Source of the DNA: a virus
Direction: 5' to 3' (one strand)
Length of the DNA stretch: 64,000 nt
IMG/VR virus record: IMGVR_UViG_3300027759_000071
Span: 1-64,000 of that record
Position numbers and translations under genes: made by a program. This document shows, in pieces, positions 21,201-29,099 of the stretch. Every line of letters starts with the position of its first letter. Within the stretch, counting starts at the first letter, position 1. The notes under the pieces are model-generated. The model was not told the origin of the DNA. It worked only from the letters and a program-made list of their open reading frames with translations, and ran no database searches.

Positions 21201-21345
21201 ACATATTGGATTTATTGCAGAAGATACTCCAGTTGAATTGACAACTAAACATCAAAATACAATGGATGTTCCATCTACTGTGGGAGTATTGGTAAAAGCA
21301 GTTCAAGAATTAGAAAAAAGAGTTAAGGATTTAGAAAATAAGTAA
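18262..21345 (+). CDS. Long GTS/GSS-repeat fibre with C-terminal peptidase S74 intramolecular chaperone
   Basis: Two long G-X-Y tracts around a globular insert; C-terminus NSSRTLKTNI...IGFIAED...LVKAVQELEKRV matches the S74 autocleavage chaperone of trimeric fibres. Confidence 0.82.
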   Translation: MYNSDFNTSRYNDPNVTVTKITENINRVTISQAGVPGPKGDKGDPYGSSGTAGSSGTSGTSGTSGSAGSSGTSGTTGSHGTSGFRGPAGTSGTTGKDGTYFGSSGTSGTTGSHGTSGTSGSSGTSGTSGTSGTSGTSGTSATDGSAGTDGSAGTDGSAGTDGTAGTDGSAGTTGSHGTSGTSGKNGTSGSSGTSGTSGSSGSSGSTGTAGTSGTTGSQGTSGTSGSSGSDGSSGTSGTDGSAGTSGSSGSSGSSGTDGSAGTDGSAGTDGSAGTSGSSGSSGTDGSAGTSGTSGSSGLAGKAGSSGTSGTRGTSGSSGARGPNGSNGSSGSSGTSGKNGTSGSSGNDGTSGSSGSDGSSGTSGTAGLSGADGPIWIFDSTIAAFNEPTSGHFITNDNFFSSILNVSICEANASNGDMYGWFNAISVYAANGHDTYVRISQVGNTGNFGIYKLNTCNRNLSGLNPYWDITFYQVIASSGLLDNGISFSFSWFTNGITGTSGTSGTSGTSGESGSDGSAGTSGTSGTSGSGGSTGSAGTSGTSGTSGSSGSNGSSGTSGTSGTSGTSGSDGSTGSAGTSGTSGTRGTSGSSGRTPIQGIDYISTSGTTGSAGTSGLDGQFLGSSGSSGKDGTSGSSGFNGTAGSSGTSGSSGSSGISIAGTSGSSGTTGSYGTSGSGGQTGSSGTSGSDGYDGTSGTSGQAGSSGTSGSSGSSGTSGFDGGPGLNGTAGSSGTSGTQGAQGDPGTSGTSGTSGSSGLAGFSGTSGTSGTGGSAGTSGSSGTSGTTGKDGQNGTSGTSGTGGTSSTAGSAGTAGSSGTGGSAGTDGVAGSSGTSGKSGTDGAAGKDGSSGTSGNTGYNGTDGSAGSSGVSGTSGTTGYSGVNGTSGSSGANGAAGTSGKDGAGFSAISPTTSGAVLTANGTATSATANTGVTITGNTLYADAYYQNSSRTLKTNILPFNKSALQIIGNVNVVEFNYLTDLKNRHIGFIAEDTPVELTTKHQNTMDVPSTVGVLVKAVQELEKRVKDLENK

Positions 21346-23303
21346 TGAGTAAAGTTAATAATTATCTAGTAACATTTACGGAAGTTAGTACTATGGGATT
21401 TACCGCCAAAGCAACTTGGCCGGTTGGGTCTGGTAGTTACGCAATGAATAGAGGTGAGGTTGATACCTATTGGTATGTAAGACAAGATGGAGCAACTTAT
21501 TCAGCATATACAAATAAGAGATATCCTCGTTATCAGGATTTAGAAGCAACTACAACTACTTCAACTACTTCAACTACTTCAACTACCACAACACCCGCCC
21601 CAAGTACTATGTTTGGTAAATCAACCAGTACATATGCTACTGTTGGATTGGCCTGTGCCGGAACAATAACTGGAACGGTATATCAAGACCCAGCATACGG
21701 AACAACGCCAACATCTGGACAGCAATTATATACTGATAGTGGTAGAACTACAACTTGGACTCCACCATCAACATCTGGATATTATCTATTTCAATATGGA
21801 AGTACCTCAAAATGGGCAGTTAGTGTAAGTAGTGGAGGTGTTATTACAGGAGTTACATCGTGTTATTACTCAGCAGTTATTGGATATGATGCATCATCTG
21901 TAACTACCGCTTGTTCTCTTACAAATTCAATAGGTGTTACTGGTAATGATACTGATTTTTGTAATTCAACAAGCTTTACATCTGCTGCAGGATTTTCAAT
22001 GGCTACTGGAAATTATTATCTATCGGATGGAACTAATTATATACAATGTAGTCACACAACTAGTACTAATTTATTCACTAGAATTAGTTTTGGGTGTACT
22101 ACATGTCCAGGTACAACCACAACAACTACAACCACAACAGCAGGTCCTTGTCAAGTATCATTGAGTCCTAGTAATGTTGATGGCGCTACGGCATGTGATA
22201 ATTGGAATAATGTAATTGATAGAACAACATATTATGCATTATATGCAGGATGTTCTGCAACCAATGGCCAACAACTTTATACTAATAGTGGATTAACAAC
22301 ATTAATTCCAAATGGTTGGTATTCTGATGGTACTAATTATTGGTTAGTTGCTGGCGGAGCTGGTACTTTAAATAGCCAAACTGCATGTGCTGGAACAACT
22401 ACAACCACTACAACCACTACAACTACAACAACTACAACAACTACAACAGCAGCTCCATTAAATTCAGTAACCTATGGGTATCACTTATCTGACCCAGACC
22501 AAGCATGTACAAATTATGAAACAAATGTACATGTGACGAAATATAATGCAGGGAATGCAGCTTCTGCAAATGGTATTACAATATACAATAACTCTAATGG
22601 TAGTGGTACACCTACGGATGGATATTATGCTAGAGGCAGTAATGTTTGGTATTCTACCAGTGGTGTATTAGGAAGTGAAGCTGCATGTTATGGAGGAACA
22701 ACCACTACAACCACTACAACTACAACAACGGAGCCGCCAACAACAACGACTACAACAACAACGACTACAACAACGGAGCCGCCAACAACAACGACTACAA
22801 CAACGGAGCCGCCAACAACAACGACTACAACAAGTACTTCAACTACAACGGAGCCGCCAACAACTACGACTACAACAACTGCAGCACCATCTGTAGTGAA
22901 TATCACAGTTAATTATGAGAGTGCAAATAATTTAGGAAACATAACATCTTTAGAAATAATAGGAAATGATGGTACGGGATACCCAGTTACCATAACATCG
23001 GGAACATTCCCATTAACTACCGTTGGGCAATCGGTAACAGCAACCACACCGCACTACGATGGTGAATATACATGGGATACTGACTATCCAAACGGTGTAT
23101 ATGCACCTGTTTTATGGGAAGTTAGACTTTACTATAATAATATTGGTGGAGCAATTGATAAAACAGTTGCAACAAGAAATGGAACAGAATCTGTTTGTTT
23201 TGGTTTAAGTTCAGTATCAGGACCGGGAGCAACTCAATTTGGATTTAGTGCACTAAACCTAGGGGACAGTATTGTAATTGAAGCTAAAGCTGGAATTTGT
23301 TAA
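21345..23303 (+). CDS. Mucin-like virion protein: Cys-bracketed repeat domains joined by poly-Thr linkers
   Basis: Four related AC...LYT...G(Y/W)Y...C domains, poly-Thr runs and a (T)nEPP repeat. Confidence 0.7.
   Translation: MSKVNNYLVTFTEVSTMGFTAKATWPVGSGSYAMNRGEVDTYWYVRQDGATYSAYTNKRYPRYQDLEATTTTSTTSTTSTTTTPAPSTMFGKSTSTYATVGLACAGTITGTVYQDPAYGTTPTSGQQLYTDSGRTTTWTPPSTSGYYLFQYGSTSKWAVSVSSGGVITGVTSCYYSAVIGYDASSVTTACSLTNSIGVTGNDTDFCNSTSFTSAAGFSMATGNYYLSDGTNYIQCSHTTSTNLFTRISFGCTTCPGTTTTTTTTTAGPCQVSLSPSNVDGATACDNWNNVIDRTTYYALYAGCSATNGQQLYTNSGLTTLIPNGWYSDGTNYWLVAGGAGTLNSQTACAGTTTTTTTTTTTTTTTTTTAAPLNSVTYGYHLSDPDQACTNYETNVHVTKYNAGNAASANGITIYNNSNGSGTPTDGYYARGSNVWYSTSGVLGSEAACYGGTTTTTTTTTTTEPPTTTTTTTTTTTTEPPTTTTTTTEPPTTTTTTSTSTTTEPPTTTTTTTAAPSVVNITVNYESANNLGNITSLEIIGNDGTGYPVTITSGTFPLTTVGQSVTATTPHYDGEYTWDTDYPNGVYAPVLWEVRLYYNNIGGAIDKTVATRNGTESVCFGLSSVSGPGATQFGFSALNLGDSIVIEAKAGIC
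22696..22885 (+). repeat. Tandem repeat encoding (T)nEPP
   Basis: Four copies of acaacggagccgccaacaac within ACN-codon runs. Confidence 0.9.
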
Positions 23304-23356
23304 TAAGAAAGAATAAAACAAAAAATTGATAATTATATTAAATAAAGGTTACAAAA

Positions 23357-25576
23357 ATGGAAGAACTATTTAAATCTTGGGGAATTCAATATGACCCAAA
23401 TAATAGCATAAATGAATTAGCATCCAAACGAATTGAAGTTTGTAATTCATGCGAAAATAAAATACAAAACCAATTATCTAATAATATTTGTAATTTATGC
23501 GGATGTGGATTAAAATCAAAAGTATTCTCATCTGAAAAGGGTGAATGTCCTGCTGGAAAATGGAATGAGGTTGATAATATTCTGTTAAAAAAGAAAATAC
23601 CACAAAATATAAGATATATATGTTGCCAACCAGCAATCACTTATTATACTTGGCAAGTTGAAGTTTTAATTAATAACTTCAAAAAGATGGGAGTTAATCC
23701 AAATTACATTGATATTGTATGTGCTATTGATAATAATGTAATTCCACCAGAATGGATTAAATTAATGACTCATTATAATAGTGTTAGATTTTTCTTTTAT
23801 AATGATACTAGAAAAGATAAAAATTACCAACCATCCATTTATTTTAATCTGATGAAGCAGCATATTGTTGCAAGACCGGAAATTCAAAAGGATGTTTTAT
23901 TTTTACATGATTCGGATATTGTATTTACTAAACCAGTAAATTTTAATTCAATGATGTTTGGAGATGCTTGGTATGTAAGTAACACAAATTCTTATATAAA
24001 CTACGATTACATACAAGTTAAAGGAAACGATATTTACGAAAAAATGTGTGATATAGTTGGTATAAATAAAAATATACCAAAGTTGATGAATAACAATTCA
24101 GGCGGAGCTCAGTATATTGTTAAAAATACTACTTATAAATTTTGGGATAAAGTAGAAAATGATAGTATTGAATTGTATAAATATTTTTGTGAAGTAGAAC
24201 CGCAATATGTAAAAAAGAATGAATATGATTATCCAATTCAAAAATGGACTGCTGGCATGTGGTCTTTACTTTGGAATGCTTGGTTAGCTGGACATGAAAC
24301 TATTGTTGATACAAGAATGGATTTTGGATGGGTTACAAATTCTTACGATGATGTAAATAAATATGCAATATTACATAATTCTGGAGTTACTCCTGCTTTT
24401 AAAAATTTGTTTTTAAAAAGTAATTATATAAATAAATTACCATATTTTGAAAATATTGAAGTAGATACAAATAGGGCATCTTATTATTATTGGCAAGAAG
24501 TGTGTGAAACTGCAAATAAATCTATATTAATAGAGTCAACGCCTGAGATGAAAATTAAAAAAGATTTTGAAAAATACAAAATAACTCAATTACAATTAGA
24601 CCCTTATGGTGTATGTAACGCAAAATGTTGGTATTGTCCTGTAAAATATAAAGGAAATCCGGTAGAGGGTAGAGAAGTAATGAGTATTGAATTGATGGAA
24701 AAGATAATTAAAAATCTAATAGATGAAAGAGATAAGCCAAACGGATTAGTAGGAAAAACATTTAACGGATTATATACAGCGCATTATAACGAAATTTTAT
24801 TATATCCACATTTTGAAGAATTTTTAAAACTATGTAGAAAATATAAATTAGTTACAATGGTACTTTCAAACGGAGTACCTTTGACTCGTAGTAAAATTGA
24901 TATACTAAAAGAATATCAAGATGTACTAAGTGGAATATGCCTAAATACCCCAGCATTTGATGCAGAAACTTGGAGTAAACGAAGTGGTATTAATATAAAG
25001 CAGTTTGATACTTTAATTGATAATATAACATATGCAGTTGAACAATTACCAAATATGGTTAAAAACAAAGCATTTTCAATTCAAATAAATGGAGTGCATG
25101 ATTTATCATTTGGAGATAAAGGTGGATGGTTAGAAAAGGGAGAGCAATTTCCACATGATATAGATTTGGATGTTGAAACTGGAGAATTGGTACAACAAAA
25201 GAAAAAAGCTGAGGAATTATTTCCTGATGTAAACATATTCACTGTCCCATATCTAATTGATAGAGCAGGATTACTGGATGAAGTAATAACCAACAAACCT
25301 GCAATTGAGAGAAATTTAATGAGAAATAACGAAAGTAAGAAAGTTATTGGATGTGGTAATGGTAGAGAGGTGGGTGGTAGACCTATTGGTTGGTTACATG
25401 TAAATGCCGCTGGGGATGCTTTCCTATGTTGTAACGATTATGATTTTGATTTTAAATTTGGTAATTTTAAAACGCAAGAATTAAGAGATTTTTGGGGAAA
25501 CGAAGAACATATCCAAAAAATTAAAACCTCTTATGAAACTATATGTACGAATTGCGCATCTGCAGTTTTTGAGTAA
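23357..25576 (+). CDS. Three-domain fusion: Cys-rich domain + GT-A glycosyltransferase + radical SAM/SPASM-like enzyme
   Basis: CNSC...CNLCGC...CPAGKW; YYTWQVEV...FLHDSDIVF (DxD)...KWTAGMWS; CNAKCWYC (CxxxCxxC); C-terminal GC...LCCNDY...CTNC. Confidence 0.8.
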   Translation: MEELFKSWGIQYDPNNSINELASKRIEVCNSCENKIQNQLSNNICNLCGCGLKSKVFSSEKGECPAGKWNEVDNILLKKKIPQNIRYICCQPAITYYTWQVEVLINNFKKMGVNPNYIDIVCAIDNNVIPPEWIKLMTHYNSVRFFFYNDTRKDKNYQPSIYFNLMKQHIVARPEIQKDVLFLHDSDIVFTKPVNFNSMMFGDAWYVSNTNSYINYDYIQVKGNDIYEKMCDIVGINKNIPKLMNNNSGGAQYIVKNTTYKFWDKVENDSIELYKYFCEVEPQYVKKNEYDYPIQKWTAGMWSLLWNAWLAGHETIVDTRMDFGWVTNSYDDVNKYAILHNSGVTPAFKNLFLKSNYINKLPYFENIEVDTNRASYYYWQEVCETANKSILIESTPEMKIKKDFEKYKITQLQLDPYGVCNAKCWYCPVKYKGNPVEGREVMSIELMEKIIKNLIDERDKPNGLVGKTFNGLYTAHYNEILLYPHFEEFLKLCRKYKLVTMVLSNGVPLTRSKIDILKEYQDVLSGICLNTPAFDAETWSKRSGINIKQFDTLIDNITYAVEQLPNMVKNKAFSIQINGVHDLSFGDKGGWLEKGEQFPHDIDLDVETGELVQQKKKAEELFPDVNIFTVPYLIDRAGLLDEVITNKPAIERNLMRNNESKKVIGCGNGREVGGRPIGWLHVNAAGDAFLCCNDYDFDFKFGNFKTQELRDFWGNEEHIQKIKTSYETICTNCASAVFE

Positions 25577-25598
25577 AATAGTATTCTTTTGATTTCTA

Positions 25599-25607
25599 AT
25601 ATTTATA
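25599..25607 (+). promoter_or_regulatory. Putative late promoter motif ATATTTATA
   Basis: Recurrent motif, 26 nt before ATG 25634. Confidence 0.6.
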
Positions 25608-25633
25608 GGTAACGTTAAAATAAGTACTTATAA

Positions 25634-26824
25634 ATGGAACAACAATATCAACCGGGCCAAGTAACAGAAATACTAATATATCCGGGTTCATCTTCTTTTT
25701 TTCCTGGTCAAACACCATTTGGAATATATGATGAGGATTACCGATTTAGTGAAGATGCTCCTAAAATGGCACTTTGGTGTGCTAGAAGATTGGGATACCC
25801 TATTCAAAATATCGAATTAATAGATGAAAACTTCTATGCATGTTTTGAAGAAGCAACATCGGAATACTCCGCACAAGTAAATCAATTTAATATCAGAAAT
25901 GACCTTTATTCACTTAAAGGTAGACCATCTGGTACAAACTATTCACAAAAATTAGTAGAAGGTACTATTTTGCCACACTTAGTACAAATTTCAGACGCAT
26001 ATGGTACTTTGGTAGGAGTTGGTGGAAATACTGAAATTAAGAAAACAAAGATAACTTTAACAGCGGGTCAGCAAGTATATGATTTAGATACATTGATATC
26101 AGTTGTGAGTGAAAGTGGTAATCGTATTGATATTAGTAGAGTTTATTTTGAAGCAACGCCAGCAATCAATAGATTCTTTGACCCATATTCAGTAAGTGGA
26201 CAAGGTACATTGAATTTAATTGATGAATTTGGATTTGGTTCATATTCACCAGCAGCACAATTTGTATTGATGCCTGTATTTGAAGATTTACTTAGAATAC
26301 AACATATTGAGTTTAATGACCAGATTAGAAAATCGGCACATACATTTAATATAATAGATAATAAACTTACTATATTTCCAAGACCAACAACTACAACAAT
26401 CTCAACAAAACCAAATCTTTACATAGATTATTTTGTAAGAAACGATTTTATAACAAATTCTACATCTGTTAAAAGCGATGTGGTAGCTGATTATTCTAAT
26501 GTAGGATATGATTTTATTACATATGATTCAATAAACGATGTTGGTAAGCAATGGATTAGAAAATATACATTAGCTTTAGTAAAAGAAATGTTAGGTGCTA
26601 TTAGAGAGAAATATTCTAATATTCCTATTCCTGGCGCAGAGATATCATTAGATGGAGCTGCATTGAGAAGTGAAGCACAAACCGAAAAAGATAACTTGAT
26701 GACTCAATTAAGAGAAACTTTAGAAGAATTAAGTAGAAAGGTTCAGTTTGAAAACAGAGCTAATGAAGCTAAGCAACAGCAAGAAATGTTACAAAAAGTA
26801 CCGTTGGCAATATACATTGGATAA
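25634..26824 (+). CDS. gp13: Neck protein / head-tail adaptor (T4 gp13-like)
   Basis: RRLGYPIQNIEL N-terminal motif and WIRKYTLALVKEMLGAIREKY...PGAEISLDGAALRSEA C-terminal motif. Confidence 0.82.
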   Translation: MEQQYQPGQVTEILIYPGSSSFFPGQTPFGIYDEDYRFSEDAPKMALWCARRLGYPIQNIELIDENFYACFEEATSEYSAQVNQFNIRNDLYSLKGRPSGTNYSQKLVEGTILPHLVQISDAYGTLVGVGGNTEIKKTKITLTAGQQVYDLDTLISVVSESGNRIDISRVYFEATPAINRFFDPYSVSGQGTLNLIDEFGFGSYSPAAQFVLMPVFEDLLRIQHIEFNDQIRKSAHTFNIIDNKLTIFPRPTTTTISTKPNLYIDYFVRNDFITNSTSVKSDVVADYSNVGYDFITYDSINDVGKQWIRKYTLALVKEMLGAIREKYSNIPIPGAEISLDGAALRSEAQTEKDNLMTQLRETLEELSRKVQFENRANEAKQQQEMLQKVPLAIYIG

Positions 26825-26826
26825 TT

Positions 26827-27282
26827 ATGGCAAGATTTGCATTAAGTAGAGATATAAAATTCTTTGAAGGAATATCAAGAGAATTAGTAGAAGCAGTAGT
26901 TGAAAACATTGTAGTTTTTTACAAGCTTATTATTAATGATTCTAAAGTAAACCTATATGGTGAATCGCTTTCTAAAAGTTATTACGATGGAGTACATTGT
27001 GCAGCTATGCTCGATAGACAAGATACAACTGCTAATTATGAGGGATTTGGCGCAGATGCATCTCAAATTGTTCAATTCCGTTTTAATAGATTTACTTTAG
27101 AAGACAAAAACTTTTATCCTGAAATTGGCGATTTAATTTTTCATAATAACGCATATTACGAAATTGATAATGTAAATGAAGACCAGTTTATAGCTGGACA
27201 AGAATCTCATAAATTTTCAATAATATGTTCTACATTTATGAGTAGAAAATCAACAATTCAAACTGAACCAAGAACTATATAA
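26827..27282 (+). CDS. gp14: Neck/head-closure protein (T4 gp14-like)
   Basis: NLYGES and PEIGDLIF...YYEI motifs; follows the gp13-like gene. Confidence 0.7.
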   Translation: MARFALSRDIKFFEGISRELVEAVVENIVVFYKLIINDSKVNLYGESLSKSYYDGVHCAAMLDRQDTTANYEGFGADASQIVQFRFNRFTLEDKNFYPEIGDLIFHNNAYYEIDNVNEDQFIAGQESHKFSIICSTFMSRKSTIQTEPRTI

Positions 27283-28361
27283 TGGAAAGAAAAGATACAA
27301 ATAGGGCAAACCAATTATCAATAGATAAACAATTCCAAAAAGGAGTTTCTCTTATTGATGTGGATGGTGCTATTGCAGAGTATATGGTTAATCATATTAT
27401 TCCGGATTTAACGGAAAATGGTAACACAGTAAAAGTTCCAATGATATATGGTAATGCTGAGAGATGGGAAGGTGCACGAAAGAATGGATATCTAAGAGAC
27501 CAAAGAGGTAGAATACAAATACCTTTAGTAATGTTTAAAAGAAATTCAATACAAAGAGATGATTCGCATCCAATATTAAAGGATGTGTATAAAATGCCAG
27601 CATATAAAAAATATTCTACAACAAATAGATATGATAGATTCACTACAATAAATGGAGCAACTCCTACATACGAAACATATGAGGTATCTATTCCATCTTA
27701 TGTAACTGTAACTTACGAAGTAATGATTTGGACATCATTTACAGAACATATGAATAAAATAGTTGAAGCATTTCAATACGCTACTGATAGATATTGGGGA
27801 AATGAGGAAGGATATAAATTTAGAACTAAAATAGATTCATTTGAAAATCAGCAAGAAGTTGGTGAGGGAACTGAAAGAGTTATCCGCACAACGTTTACAA
27901 TGGCTGTAAATGCATATCTTTTACCTGAAGTATTTGATAAGAAGCCAGTTGTTAAAAAAAGATTTACTCCAAAAAGAGTAATATTTGGAATTGAAACGGA
28001 CTTAACTGGAAATTCATTTTCAAATGGTAGTGTTTATAATGAATATTCAAATGTGATTAATTTTATTGCTGTTAGAGGTTCTCAATTAGCAGAGTTTGTA
28101 AATTCAAATACTATAAAATTAACAAATGTATCAATACCTATATTACCTAAAGAATTGATAGGTTCATTTGATACAACTAATTGGTTTAGAGTTTATTTAA
28201 ATGGTAAATTTATATCACCATCTCTTTATACATACAACTATAATTCTTTTACAAACGAAATAGTATTTTCATTTGTTGAACCTTGTGAATGGACAAATGA
28301 TTGTAGCGGATTTGAAGATATTGATGAGATTGCAATAACTGGTAAATTTGAGCAAATATGA
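27282..28361 (+). CDS. gp15: Tail terminator/sheath stabiliser (T4 gp15-like) with extra C-terminal beta domain
   Basis: KVPMIYGNAERW, IPLVMFKR, PSYVTVTYEVMIWT...MNKIVE motifs; gene order. Confidence 0.7.
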   Translation: MERKDTNRANQLSIDKQFQKGVSLIDVDGAIAEYMVNHIIPDLTENGNTVKVPMIYGNAERWEGARKNGYLRDQRGRIQIPLVMFKRNSIQRDDSHPILKDVYKMPAYKKYSTTNRYDRFTTINGATPTYETYEVSIPSYVTVTYEVMIWTSFTEHMNKIVEAFQYATDRYWGNEEGYKFRTKIDSFENQQEVGEGTERVIRTTFTMAVNAYLLPEVFDKKPVVKKRFTPKRVIFGIETDLTGNSFSNGSVYNEYSNVINFIAVRGSQLAEFVNSNTIKLTNVSIPILPKELIGSFDTTNWFRVYLNGKFISPSLYTYNYNSFTNEIVFSFVEPCEWTNDCSGFEDIDEIAITGKFEQI

Positions 28362-28711
28362 ATTTAGTAGGATTAAAAGAAATATTAAAAGAAATAAATG
28401 AGCCAAACGAATTTGTATTGGAGCCGTTAAATTTGGAACACCCTTTATATTGGGTATATTCAGTACCAAATGTAAGATTAAAAAAATTAAATCCAAATCT
28501 TAATGACTTAAGAAAATTTGAAGCTCAGTTTGATGTTTTTATAAATGGTTTATTTATAATACATGATGATTTTTTAATTGATAATAAAGCAAATCAGTTT
28601 GTTATAAATTTCATAAAAAGTAGATTTCCGGTATTAGACCGTTTTGGTAATCCGTATATACTTGATGAAACCGATATTGTAACAATTAAAGGTGATTTAG
28701 AAAATTTTTAA
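28358..28711 (+). CDS. Hypothetical virion protein (VFING beta domain)
   Basis: FDVFINGLFI...DIVTIKGDL resembles the C-terminus of the preceding gene. Confidence 0.6.
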   Translation: MNLVGLKEILKEINEPNEFVLEPLNLEHPLYWVYSVPNVRLKKLNPNLNDLRKFEAQFDVFINGLFIIHDDFLIDNKANQFVINFIKSRFPVLDRFGNPYILDETDIVTIKGDLENF

Positions 28712-28712
28712 T

Positions 28713-29099
28713 ATGCCAAGACAAAAACCAAATATCAACATAAATAATTCAAATCTACCTGGAGATAGAAATCAATTAAAGGATTTAATTTTACAAGCAA
28801 TTACTGATACTTTTATATATTCATATTATCCAAATGACATAGCGCTGGATGGAACAGGTAACCTGTTTACTTTATATTTATATAACAAATACCTGGTAAT
28901 AGATGCTTTACAAGTAGACAACTATTCGGATTATGTAGATGTTTATTTATATGGTATTAAACAACCAAATGAAAGATATACTATAACAACAGACGGAACT
29001 GATATAACAATTGAATTTAATGTTAGTATCACTCTAGTACCAAATGAAGTTATAAAAACAGATTTTGAAATTAAAGGAAAAATAGTAGAAATAGTATAA
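28713..29099 (+). CDS. Hypothetical virion protein (VYLYG beta domain)
   Basis: VDVYLYGIKQ...DFEIKGKI resembles the two preceding proteins; its stop overlaps the giant gene's ATG. Confidence 0.6.
   Translation: MPRQKPNININNSNLPGDRNQLKDLILQAITDTFIYSYYPNDIALDGTGNLFTLYLYNKYLVIDALQVDNYSDYVDVYLYGIKQPNERYTITTDGTDITIEFNVSITLVPNEVIKTDFEIKGKIVEIV

Noticed and set aside
22675-22912. Gln/Arg-, Asn- and Val-rich small ORFs
   Set aside because: Other-frame translations of the poly-Thr/EPP repeat.
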